From: Mobula hypostoma
Taxonomy: Eukaryota
Assembly: GCF_963921235.1 (NCBI RefSeq)
Contig: NC_086107.1
Span: forward strand, 46,872,001-46,936,000
Length of the DNA stretch: 64,000 nucleotides
Direction: 5' to 3'
Within the stretch, counting starts at the first letter, position 1, and the number at the start of each line of letters is the position of its first letter. Shown one piece after another: positions 32,801 to 42,368 of this stretch. Position numbers and translations under genes: made by a program. A model generated the notes under the pieces. That model saw only the letters and a list, made by a program, of their open reading frames with translations, did not search any database and was not told where the DNA came from.

Positions 32801-35689
32801 TTGGAGGATAGCTAATGTTGTTCCATTGTTTACGAAAGGCTCTATGAATACGCCACAAAATCAGTAGTGGGAATGTTATTGGAAGGTGGTCTAAAGGTCC
32901 AGATATATAAGTATTTGGATAGATAGGGATTGATTAGGGATAGTTAACCTGGCTTTGTGCATGGTAGGTCGTGTCTAACAAATCTTATAGAGTTTTTCGA
33001 GGAACAAGCCAGTAAAGTTGATTAAGGCAAGACAGTGGACGTTGTCCACATGGACTTTAGTGAGGCCTTTGATGAAGTGCTGCATGGGAGGTTGGTCAAG
33101 AAGGCTCAGTCACTTGGCATTCATGATGAGGTAGTAAATGGTTGCTTCTCTGACTGGAAGCCTCTGACTAGTAGTGTGCCACAGGGATTAGTGCTGGGTC
33201 TATTGTTGTTTGTCATCTACATCAATGATCTGTATAATAATGCAGTAAACTGGATCAGCCACTTTGCTGATGACACCATGATTAGGGGGTGTAGTGGACA
33301 GCAAGGAAGACTATCAAAGCATGTAGCAGGATCTGGACCAGCTGGCAAATGGAATGAAAAAAATGGAATGCACCAACCCGGTCTTACATGAAGAGCGGTA
33401 GGGCACTGAAGAGTGTAGTAGAACAGAGGAATCTGGGAATACAGATCCATAAATTCCTGCAAATGGCATCACATTTAGATAGTCTTAAAAGAAAGCTTTT
33501 GGAGCATTGGCCTTCATTAATCAATGTATTGAGTATAGGAATTGGGATATTATGTTGAAATTGTATAAGATGTCAGTGTGAGGTCTAATTTGGAGTATTG
33601 TGTGCAGTTTTGGTCACCTACCTACAGGAAAGATGTAAATAAGATTGGGGGGAACGTCGACTCAGACCATGAGAGGCCTGCGTCAGGCATTTTCATGCCT
33701 TACAAGGTGCAGATTAGAAGTGCGGGGCGCCACTGCTCACACAGACTAGAGCAATGTGTGATTAAGTGCCTTGCTCAAGGGCACAAACACACCACCACAG
33801 CTGAGGCTCGAACTAGCAACCTTGAGAGAACTCCTTGACGAACTCCTTAACCACTTGGCCACCTGCCCAATAAGGTTGAAAGAGTGCAAAGAAAATTTAC
33901 AAGGATACTGCCAACACTTGAGGACCTGAGTTATAGGAGAAGGTTAAATAGGTTAAGACTTTATTCCCGAGAACGTAGAAAATTGAGGGGAGATTTGATA
34001 GACATACAAAATTTATGAGTAGTATTGATAGTGCAAATACAAGCAGGCTTTTTGCAGTGATGTTAGGTGAGACTAGAACTAGTGGTAATTGGCTAAGGGT
34101 GAAAGGTGAAATTTTTAAGGGGAACACAAGGTGAAACTTCTTCACTGAGAGGGTGGTGAGAATGTGGAATGAGCTGTCAGCACAAGTGGTGGATGCGGGT
34201 TCGATTTCAACATTTAAGAGAAATTTGGATAGGTATGTGGATGGGAGAGGAATGGAGGGTTATGGTCCAGGTGCAGGTCGATGGGACTAAGCAGATCAAT
34301 GGATCAGCATGGTCTAGATGAGCCGAAGGGCCTGGTTCTATGCTGTAGTGTTCTGTGGCTCTGTGATTCTAAGTGGCTGCTCCGATTATCCGATAACTCA
34401 ATAAACCAAGTCCACTTTTACATCCATGTTAAAAGCTGAGCATGTGACTGAATCAGTGTCATATTTCACTTAATTTTTCAACATTTCAAATTTTGAACCT
34501 TCCAACATACGAATTAGATGGGACGTTATTGTAGCCTTGAGAACAAAGTACACCTTAGCAATTTTAGGACTTTTAAAAAAAAATTATGGGACCATTTTTA
34601 AACCTATCTGATTTACTAATGGGCTTGGAGGTGGAAGAGTGCTATTTTGGCAAACCTGGCTTATACACACTCCAGAACCAAAGCAATATGTTAACTCTTA
34701 GCTGCCTTTTATAAATCCTCATCTATGAGATTACTGGGTATAATAGGATCAAATATTCCGTTTGAGGATTGGAGTTTGTTCAATTACCCACATTTACTCC
34801 TCTCAGTAAATGTATGATGTCATTGGAAACAAGGGTCCAGATGTCATATTTAGAATCACTAATAAGAGTTGCTCAAGGCATCTCAATACTACATTGTAAA
34901 AGTTATGTTTCTTAACACTTGTTATTGGCTATTCATCAGAAATACAACCAACCTCGTTTCCCATGTAAACTGTTAACATCTTTTCCAACTGCTCAGTAAT
35001 TCATGCTTTTATGTGCCCATCCTGAAAGTGTATAATTTTTTATTAAACTCTAGAAAATATCTTTACCGAATAAATTTTGTTGTTTCCACTTTCTACTCCT
35101 ATATTCCTTCCTGATTAAGGATTTATGTAGGCCTGCTGACATTTATTTAGCCTACAAACGGTGCCGTTTTGAATGTTTACTTGGATATATGTGATATATC
35201 ATTTTCTCAGATGCTTTAATCTATAGCGGTCTTGTCTACTGTATAAGCTTTAGTATTTGAAATTTCTACATTCAACATATTTATCTTAACTTTGGAAAAT
35301 TTATTTGTCAGAATTTGAACAATCAGCTCTAGTCAATGGGACTGACTATATTTGCATGTTGTGTTCCACTTTAAGGACATTTCCCCACTGTGTCTGAAAT
35401 CAAGTGCAACCCAACACATCTGGAGGAAAACAGAATGGCTACTTTCACAGTTTCACTGACCAATTATGTACCACTGGAAATTGAAGTGAAGTGGTTCAAA
35501 GGAGAACAACCCTTCACAGGACCTGTGAATAATAGTCAACCTCAGATTACTGCAAGTGGTCTTTTTTCTTCAACAACCAGCATAGAATTTGCTCCAGAAC
35601 GATCTGATCAGGACTTGGAAGTCAGATGTACGATATTTCACTCAGAGACAAGCAAAAGAATAGAACAAAAGTTTCATTTAACATTTTGA
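2521..35689 (+). CDS. NCR3LG1: B7-H6/NCR3LG1-like multi-exon gene (V-C1-TM plus six C1-type Ig domains); leader exon upstream of window
   Basis: Nine exons with AG/GT boundaries, all phase 1, join into one open frame (2858 nt including stop). V and C1 resemble human B7-H6 as recalled from memory: DLTVSM vs DLKVEM; GFYPKTIEMSW vs GFYPEAINITW; TGSPIKNNDGTYSVSSRMRL...YICFVRHRSL vs [20 protein letters not shown]...YQCVVRHASL. Linkage of the post-TM exons to the TM exon is inferred from phase and strand. Confidence 0.8.
3067..3355 (+). mobile_element. tRNA-derived SINE
   Basis: A-box-like TGGCATAGCGG and B-box-like GGTTCAAATTCC, with an AATAAA/TAATC-type tail. Confidence 0.7.
4083..4403 (+). CDS. 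NCR3LG1: extracellular IgC1 exon of B7-H6-like gene
   Basis: Acceptor tttacag|cc, donor aaag|gtaagt, phase 1-1. C1 motifs VNCSSTGFYPKTIEMSW, DGTYSVSS and YICFVRH; N-glycosylation sequons NGT and NCS. Confidence 0.93.
4878..5165 (+). mobile_element. CR1 LINE 3' end
   Basis: Matches the CR1 ORF2 C-terminus (GNMRGNFFT...VWNE) and 3' UTR seen elsewhere in the window. Confidence 0.7.
5924..6040 (+). CDS. NCR3LG1: transmembrane exon of B7-H6-like gene
   Basis: Acceptor ttttttaacag|ag, donor aaag|gtaaga, 117 nt, phase 1-1. Encodes EPEVVVPGG-IIAGSVFASVLICSLIMIIGFVMYL-RYFRK: a hydrophobic helix followed by a basic stop-transfer. Confidence 0.9.
6240..6730 (-). mobile_element. CR1 LINE 3' fragment
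   Basis: ORFs 6332-6580 and 6477-6713 give RRMRGDLIETFRMLKGLDRVD and FFSQRVVDLWNSLP; (cacaagat) tail. Confidence 0.85.
7205..9700 (-). mobile_element. degenerate CR1 LINE (APE-RT, fragmented)
   Basis: Fragmented ORFs with AFDKVPH, GNYRPVSLTS and ADWKTANVTPL motifs. Confidence 0.85.
10393..11490 (-). mobile_element. ERV/LTR-retroelement gag-like ORF, truncated at the first zinc knuckle
   Basis: Uninterrupted 365-codon frame with likely Met at 11292. Gag-like HKPFTPGEKQSIFSELP and acidic/basic helical segments, ending at VCFACRQ. Lies directly downstream of a PBS and LTR on the same strand. Confidence 0.7.
11648..11665 (-). promoter_or_regulatory. primer binding site complementary to tRNA-Leu
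   Basis: Minus strand TGGTGTCAGGAGTAGGAT, 17/18 match to the complement of the vertebrate tRNA-Leu(CAG) 3' end as recalled (ATCCCACTCCTGACACCA); 2 nt from the LTR end. Confidence 0.8.
11668..12120 (-). mobile_element. 5' LTR of the ERV-like element
   Basis: Minus strand ends in CA next to the PBS and carries a TATA-like motif (~11820) and AATAAA (~11730). The distal TG boundary near 12120 is tentative. Confidence 0.65.
12805..13227 (+). CDS. post-TM C1-type Ig exon 1 (141 aa, with loop insertion)
   Basis: Acceptor tttttctag|ta, donor gga a|gtaagt, phase 1-1. LTCQISGYKPSNISIQWF and NNSDGTSS present; the F-strand Cys is replaced (VLKLQVLH). Confidence 0.85.
13605..14400 (-). mobile_element. 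Rex1/Babar-like LINE 3' fragment
   Basis: ORF 13980-14408 resembles the RT C-terminal region (ISKTKE..FRK...VERVGSFMVLG). Confidence 0.65.
14992..16258 (-). mobile_element. L1-clade LINE 3' fragment
   Basis: zf-RVT-like QCDRCKTEIATLTHMFWSC and LLARRAILLKWK...EKI motifs; A-rich tail. Confidence 0.8.
15272..15487. repeat. palindromic (hairpin) short interspersed repeat inserted in the L1
   Basis: Near-perfect inverted arms at ~15277-15354 and ~15371-15443; flanking duplication GAGCTATAC(A/G)CCATA at 15265-15279 and 15488-15502. Confidence 0.8.
17751..18130. mobile_element. mariner-type MITE
   Basis: Terminal TACGAGGGGTGATTGATAAGTT and inverse AACTTATCAATCACCCCACATA, TA ends; internal extra TIR-like copy near 17913. 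Confidence 0.8.
18489..18866 (+). CDS. post-TM C1-type Ig exon 2 (126 aa)
   Basis: Acceptor (T)nCCTTCTCAATAAAAAAAG|tt, donor aaag|gtacag, phase 1-1. LSCPIDGFKPRPLAITWY and EYICEAEH, both Cys kept. Confidence 0.85.
19780..20930 (+). mobile_element. degenerate CR1 LINE fragments
   Basis: KVDKSPGPDGI, VAHVVPLFKKG and related RT motifs. Confidence 0.75.
21169..21480 (+). CDS. post-TM C1-type Ig exon 3 (104 aa)
   Basis: Acceptor ctgcttag|ca, donor ttg a|gtgagt, phase 1-1. ASCRIYSFFPKNIKVIW, DGRYSCTSHLKFIP and LTCEFQH, both Cys kept. Confidence 0.88.
23805..24128 (+). CDS. post-TM C1-type Ig exon 4 (108 aa)
   Basis: Acceptor tttacag|ta, donor gga g|gtatga, phase 1-1. FLCVAYGFFPENVMFMWFKN present; the F-strand Cys is replaced (FKVEALH). 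Confidence 0.88.
24960..25590 (-). mobile_element. internally deleted RTE-like LINE
   Basis: RTE-like 3' end (...CAGATGGATGCCAACCAA on the minus strand) joined to degenerate endonuclease-like sequence. Confidence 0.5.
26070..26660 (+). mobile_element. Penelope-associated interspersed repeat (CACACACAAAATG..GGAGGAACTCAGC family)
   Basis: Same head motif recurs at ~40095 and ~43060; purine-rich body. Confidence 0.55.
27276..27587 (+). CDS. post-TM C1-type Ig exon 5 (104 aa)
   Basis: Acceptor cttcaaatag|ga, donor ccag|gtaagt, phase 1-1. LKCNVTSFSHNEISTQW and DGSYHLSSCLEFIP present; the F-strand Cys is replaced (FAIVVK). Confidence 0.88.
27799..28540. mobile_element. Tigger-like non-autonomous element, truncated
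   Basis: Starts TACAATTGAGTCCAGTTAATTGGGACAC, with internal CCCAATTA/CCCAAATAA subterminal repeats. Confidence 0.5.
28635..31375 (-). mobile_element. CR1 LINE ORF2 (APE+RT), degenerate
   Basis: ORF fragments from YFNARSIVKKVNEL/AISETWL through DFSKAFDKVPH and NADDTKIGG to RGNFFTQRVV; (AACCATAT) tail. Confidence 0.9.
31412..34365 (+). mobile_element. CR1 LINE ORF2, degenerate, head-to-head with the previous copy
   Basis: From TATTTCAATGCAAGGAGT through DKSPGP, VPQGLVLG and HFADDT to the 3' UTR. Confidence 0.85.
33648..33870 (-). mobile_element. tRNA-type SINE inserted in CR1
   Basis: Interrupts CR1 between AAGATTG and AATAAGGTTGAAAGAG; minus strand starts GGGCAGGTGGCCAAGTGGTTAAGG (A-box-like). 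Confidence 0.6.
35376..35689 (+). CDS. terminal post-TM C1-type Ig exon 6 (with stop)
   Basis: Acceptor ccactttaag|ga, phase 1. The B-strand Cys is replaced (ATFTVSL); EVKWFKG, GLFSSTTSIEFAP and VRCTIFH present. TGA at 35687-35689. Confidence 0.85.
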
Positions 35690-35888
35690 GGTAAATGTGA
35701 TTTTGTTCCACTTGTTGCCTCCAAGGATCAAGTCCAACTTCTAAAATAGCTCCCCAAACAACAGTACATCAGTGGCATATACAGGCCATTTGGGACAAAG
35801 ATGTCTCAAGGCCCTTCATAAGTGTGTTAGCAAATTAAATTTTAACCAAAGCCCATTATGAGATGCAAGGACAGATGACCATAAATTG

Positions 35889-35894
35889 AATAAA
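35889..35894 (+). terminator. candidate polyadenylation signal
   Basis: AATAAA 200 nt after the stop; the AT-rich background makes a chance match plausible. Confidence 0.35.
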
Positions 35895-36141
35895 AGTGAT
35901 GGTTTTAATAGACATTTTGAAAAATGGAGAAGAGTAACAAAAATGTAAAAACTGAATTCCAGACTGAGAAGCAGTTGGTAGCCAATGTAGATTTTGAATA
36001 TTAATAGTATTATTATTGAAAGAATACCAGGAGTTCAGAGTGGGGGAACAGAACTGAAGGTGGTAGTGCTATATAATAGGAAGTGAATTTGGAGGATTTG
36101 ATTATTAAACATGAGAATGGCTGTTTGGAAGATTGTTTGAT

Positions 36142-38510
36142 AGCTAAGCTTGACAAGGTGTTTATAGACGTTTCGACTCCAATCGAGAAGCCATCATCAA
36201 TGCACAGTTTAGGGTGTTGTCTTTTCAGAATGCTGGCTTATGTACTCCTCAGGGGTCCGAATGGATATTGATTAGACGTCATGATCTGGTTGGCTGGTTC
36301 AACCCTGTGAACAGTTTAGAAGATTCTGCTTGGTTAGCTTCAAGGGAGGTCCATTAGAGGTGTTTGCTTCGCTGTCCAGATACCGAGATTACTAGCAATT
36401 CATTTCTCCGTAAGGGTTCATATACTGGATCTATGTCAATGTCTTTGTCGACTGCAACTTTGAGGATGAAACTATCAAACTCAAAGAGCAACAAAATGTG
36501 ACGAACAGAACAAATGTTGTGTATTGACTCCAACAAGTACTATGCTGGCTAAACGGGAAGAAAACTGTTGACAAGGATACACAAGCAGCAGCTAGCGAGC
36601 AGAAGTCATGACCCACTCCAGCTAGTATCATCTCATGAAAATGAAAATGGATACCATTCCAAGCCAGACTCTTGACTCAAGCAAGAACAAGACAAGAATG
36701 AGTATTTCTTGAAGCGTGGTTATGTACAGAAGAATCTATCAACAGCTCCATTCTTTAAGAAAGGAGAGAGGCAACAGAAGGGAAATTATAGACCATTAAC
36801 ATGACCTCAGGGGCTGGGAAGATGTTGGAGTCAATTGCTCAAGATGAGGTTATGGGGTATTTGGTGACACAGCACAAGATAGGACAAAGTCAGCATGATT
36901 TTCTTGAGGGAAAATCCTGCCTGACAAACCTGTTGGAATTCTTTGAGGAGATTGCAAGTAGGATGGATAAAGGGGATGCTGTAGATGTTGTATATTTGGA
37001 TTTTCAGAAGGCCTTTGACAAAGTGCCACACATAAACTTGCTTACCAAATTGAGAGCCCATGGTATTACAAGAAAGTTGCTAGTATGGTTAGAGCATTGT
37101 CTGATTGGCCAGAGGCAGCAAGTGGGAAGAAAAGGATCCTTTTTTGGTTGAGTGCCAGTGACTAGTGGTGTTCTGCAGGGGTTGGTGTTGGGACCATTTC
37201 TTTTTATATTTTAATCAATGGTTTAGATGATGGAATAGATAGCTTTGTTGCCACGTTTACAGATGATACTAAGATTGGTGGAGGAGTTTGAGGAAACAGG
37301 AAGGCTGCAGAAGGACATAGACAGATTAGGAGCATGGACAAGAAAGTGGCAAATAAAATACAATGCTGGAAAATGCATGGTTATGCACTTTAATAGAAGA
37401 AGTAAATGTGCAGACTATTTTCTAAGTACAGAGAAAATCTAAAAATCTGAGATGCAAAGGAACTTTGGAGTCCTTGTGCAGAACACCCTAAAGATTAACT
37501 TACAGGTTAAGTCAGTGGTGAGGAAGGCAAATGCAATGTTAGCATTCATTTCATGAGGTCTAGAATACAAGAGCAGGGATCTGATGCTTAGGCCATATAA
37601 GGCACTGGTGAGGCCTCACCCTCAGTATTGTGAACAGTTTTGGGCTCCTCATCGAAGTAAAAATGTGCTGGCATTGGAGAACATTCAGAGGAGGTTCACA
37701 AGGATGATTTCGGAAATCAAGGGGTTATCACATGAGGAACATTTGATAGATCTGGTCCTGTACTCGCTGGAATTTAGAAGGATGAGGGGTGATCTCATTG
37801 AAACTTTTCACATGTTGAAAGGCCTAGACAAAGTAGATGAGGAAACAATGTTTCCCATGGTGGGGGAGTCTAGGACAAGAGGGCACAGCCTCAGGATAAA
37901 GGGGTGCCCATTTAAAACAGAGATATGGAGAATTTTTTTTAGCTGCAGGGTGGTGAATTTGTTACTACAGGCAGCTGTAGAGGCCAGGTTTTTGGGTGTA
38001 TTTATGGTGGCAATTGATGGGTTCTTGATTGGCCACGGCATCAAAGGTTATGGGGAGAAGGCCAGGGAGTGGGGCTGAGGAGGAGAAAAGAAAGGGTCAG
38101 CAATGATTGAATGGTGGAGCCGGCTCTATGGGCCAAATAGCCTAATTCTGCTCCTATGTTTTATGGTTTAACAAAGACATCAGCATAGATCCAGTACATA
38201 AACCCTTACGGAGAAAAGAGAAACAACGACATCAACAATTAATGAATTGCCAGTAAACTGGGGATCTGGACAGTGAAGCAAACACTTCCAATGGACCTCC
38301 CTTGAAGCTAGCCAGCCAATCAGGATCTTCCACTGCAAAACCGTTCACTGTGTTTTGAACCAGCCAACCAGATCATGGCGTCTAATCAAGATCCATTTGG
38401 GCCCCAGATGAGTATATAAGGTGGCATTCTGAGGAGACAACACCCTTAACTGCGCACTGATGATGGCTTCTCGATCGGAGTCACAACGTTTGCAAACAAT
38501 TTGCCAAGCT
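36142..38510. mobile_element. Penelope-like element as inverted arms (~36142-36445 and ~38173-38510)
   Basis: The arms are clear reverse complements. The minus-strand frame 36354-36536 gives DIDIDPVYEPLR, resembling the Penelope GIY-YIG C-terminus. Confidence 0.7.
36725..38170 (+). mobile_element. CR1 LINE 3' half between the Penelope arms
   Basis: SQHDFLEGKSCLTNLLEFFE, LDFQKAFDKVPH and EFRRMRGDLIETF. Confidence 0.9.
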
Positions 38511-39519
38511 CAGCAATTGACCAAACATCCAAATAGCCAACTGGAGCTACCAATATTCCACAATATTTTAAAGGAGAATGGCTCTACAATGGGCAAGTGT
38601 GGCAGTGCGGGATAGACAAGAGTAAGGGCAAGGATGGCAGAGTTTTCGAAGATATGAATGTTATAACAGCAATCAGCTAGGAATATATTAAAATAGTTAA
38701 TGCAAGTATAATGGTAACAATGATGTGCTAAGTAGTTCAACAAAGAGCAGATTGGGGGGATTAGTTGTAGGGGAAGGCATATATAAGTCTCTCATGACTA
38801 CCTTCTTCCTCTTGTGTAAGAATGCACCCTGCTGATTCTATACCAGTGAGATTCAAGTTAAAGATAACCACTTAGTTAACACAGCACAAACTAGGTGCCA
38901 AGCAATCCCTGAAAAATGCAACCTGGACACACAACAATTCTGCCCATCGTTCTGTTTTCATTAAGTTTAAACTAAAGTCAATTGTAAGCATTTCCTCAAC
39001 ATGAACCAAGGATGTAAATATTGGTGGGGTGTAAGATGGAAGACAAAAGTACAATTAGACTAGTAAATTGGGAGTCAGATCATAAGCCAGCTCCTGGGGA
39101 ACACCCACCTATGACACCCATGCAGCACTGAATGTTTCACCCTTCTTGTTTTGGGCAGCTAGGGCAACTTGGGATATAATAGATCATCAGTTGGTCTTTT
39201 TAATATAATTGAAGTAAAACAGATAGCAGCAACTCTTCCAAAGCTGGAGATGGGGTTGAACCCTATCAAGCTTGAATCCTAACGTCCTGAGTCCTAATGT
39301 TTTCATCTGGCTGGCTGTTGCTGTCACTATTACCTATGGCCCCATAATTCACACGTAGTGTCCTAACTGCAAGAAAACTTACCAGATTTTGATCCTGAAT
39401 GTAATGATAACAGAAAAGCTTGGAGATAAGAAAAGTAACCTTGTGTTTTGATGCATGGCAAGCAGACAAGGAAAGCTTTGGAATTTTGGGAGAAACCCAG
39501 ATAACAAGTGTATGATAAC

Positions 39520-39850
39520 CATAACTATATAACAATTACAGCACGGAAACAGGCCATCTCGGCCCTTCTAGTCCGTGCCGAACTCTTACTCTTACCCAGT
39601 CCCACCAACCTGCATCAACCCGTAATCCTCCATTCCTTTCCTGTCCATATAGCTATCCAATTTAACCTTAAGTGACACCATCGAACCTGCCTCAACTTCT
39701 GCTGGAAGCTCGTTCCACACAGCTACCACCCTCTGAGTAAGGAAGTTCCCCCTCATGTTACCCCTAAACTTTTGCCCTTTAACTCTTAACTCATGTCCTC
39801 TTGTTTGAATCTCCCCCACTCGCAATGGAAGCCTGTCCACGTCAACTGAT
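39520..39850 (-). mobile_element. CR1 3' end (same subfamily as 28635)
   Basis: GNMRGNFLTQRVVAVWNELP; matching 3' UTR. Confidence 0.85.
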
Positions 39851-40574
39851 GTGGAAATCTTATTGTGTTTTGATGAAGGGATATTAAATGGAAAGGTTAA
39901 CTCTGTTTCTTTCTCTACAGGTGCTGTCGGATCTATTGATTATTTGCAGAGAGTTTATCTAATACTATATAAATGGAAGCAGTGAACCTTTTTAGGATGA
40001 TTAAATAAGCCTTGAGTTAAAAAGTGGATATACATGATGTGGGTGTGAAACTTTAGAACAGTCACAAAAACCCCCACTGCTAATATCTGCTGCAACACCC
40101 ACAAAATGCTGGAGGAACTCGGGCATGTAAACAGTCTACGTTTCAGGCTGAGACTCTTCATCAGGACTGGGAATGAAGAGGAGAAATGTATATTGCTCTG
40201 AATTTCCAATATCTACAGATTTTCTCATGTTTGTGATACTAATATCTGCTGTCCTTGCTCGGCTTGGCTAGTGGCTGTTTCTCAAGATCCTCAGCAATGT
40301 AGTTGAATCTGTTGGAAGAATTCTCTAAAACAGTATTTAACTTGATTGTTCAGCTTATTCAAAAAATGTCAGTGTTGTTGAATGTTAAAGATAGCTCTGA
40401 CTTTGAACACTTAATACAGACCCCAAAATAAAGACCAGGCTACAAAGAGAAGATAAAAGTTGAAAATATCATAGAAATCTTTCCCTATTTTTGTAAAGTT
40501 GAAAAAGATTAAACTATTGGAGGGGTATAAATCAAGGGAGAGGGGTAGCTAAGAAAGCCATTGTACAGGTCTAT

Positions 40575-41232
40575 AGTTTATTAAAAGTGGCATCACAGGT
40601 TACTAGGTCTGTAAAGAAAGCTTTTGGCACATCGGCCTTCATAAATCAAAGTACCGAGTACGGCTGATGAGATGATATGTTGAAGTTGTTGAGGGCTAAT
40701 TTGGGGTACTGTGTGCAGTTTTGGTTATTTACCTACAGAAAAGTTGTAAATAAGGTTGAAATGAGTACGGAGAAAATTTACAAGGACATTGCTGGATCTG
40801 GAAGACCTGAGTTATATGGGAAGATTAAATGGGATAGGATTTATTTCTTCAGGTATGGAAGATTGAGAGATTTGATTGAGGTATACTAAATTATGAGGCA
40901 TATAGATAGGGTAAATGCAAGCAGGCTTTTTTTCTACTGATGCTGAGTAGGACAACAACTAGAGGTCATGGGTTGGGAGTGAAAGGTGAAAAGTTTAAGG
41001 GGACTATTGGGGGAACTTCTTCACTCAGAGTGTGGAATACGTTGCTAGTACAAGTGGTGCATGTGAGGTTGATTTCAACATTTACGAGAAGTTTGGATAG
41101 GTACATGGATGGGAGCGGTATGAAAGGCTATTGTCCCAGTGCAGGTCAATGGCAGTAGGCAATTTAGATGGTTTAGCATGGAATAGATGGGCCAAAGAGC
41201 CTGCTTCTGTGCTGTACTTTTCTATGGCTCTC
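40575..41232 (+). mobile_element. CR1 3' fragment
   Basis: LGYCVQFW and TRGHGLGVKGEKFKG motifs. Confidence 0.8.
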
Positions 41233-41629
41233 CATGACACTACAACAGAGACTATGTATCAGAACAGAAGAAGCTGTTTTGTAAAATTACAGGTTCCAGA
41301 GTTGAAAGAAATTGTCTAAAGAGAGATTTTTAAAATATTTCAGCAAACAGTGGGTAGGTTCAATCCACTTTTGATACTGACCTGTAAATGTTCTAGATCA
41401 GTACAGCTAATCATCTTACAACTAATGTGTTGGCTGCATACACTGGTCCTTCAGAAGCACTGCAAAAGGATGGAAATGGCACTCAAAAGAATAAAGACTG
41501 AGGCAAAAAAAAACAAACAAACTGCTGAATGAGTCTAGTCAGTTGAGCAGCATCTGATGAGGGAATTGTATTGTTGATATTTATTATTGAACGCTCCATC
41601 AGGACTGAGAGAGGAAATGCCAGTGTAAG

Positions 41630-42368
41630 AAAACGGCAAGTGACTGGTTGACTGGGGAGAAAGGAGTTGAAAGATGACAGGCAGTTTATTACACCCTCTC
41701 AGAAATCTCATTATGATAGTAACCACCCTGCTTGCTGGAGAAATTGTGGAAATCAAAATGAAAACTATTATCATATTTTCTGGGAAAGCCCCATTATCAA
41801 AGACTATTGGACTGGGATACTTAATGCCCTACAAGACATCTTTAAATGTGAAATACCCTTAGAGGGTAAGACCATATACTTTGGGTATATACCTCAAGAA
41901 TGGTTGAAAAGAGATAAATATTTAATGTACTGCTGGTGGCTGGTAAAAAGACCCTTACCAGGAAATGGTTGTCACAGGAGAGCCCAACTTTAAATGTATG
42001 GATGGAAATTACAATGGAAATTTACAAAATGGGGAAGATAACAGCATCTGTTAATCCTAACTTGGAGCAATTTTATTCATACTGAAGAATATGGTTTAAC
42101 TACATAACGCCTCATAGGCCTGATTTTTATTCTCACAAGTCAATATGTTGTTAAAAAAAAATCACTCCCTACTCTGTACATAGTTTTCATCTTTTGATTG
42201 TTCTTTCTTTCCTCTCCTTTCTTATAAGTGTATACCTCAGATAAATATTATGTGGAGATTTGTGACAAATATGATTATATGATATATATGTACAGTATCT
42301 GAAATACATCTTATGGAAATGTTTGTTTGATGATGGAATTTAATTAAAAAATAAATTACAAAAAAAAA
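41630..42368 (+). mobile_element. L1-clade LINE 3' fragment
   Basis: CWRNCGNQNENYYHIFW zinc-finger region; AATAAA and poly(A)-like end. Confidence 0.8.

Noticed and set aside
12805-35689. Immunoglobulin heavy-chain (IgW/IgM/IgNAR) constant region
   Set aside because: No RSS, D or J segments; the V exon is germline-joined and B7-like; the TM precedes the C exons; no secretory tailpiece.
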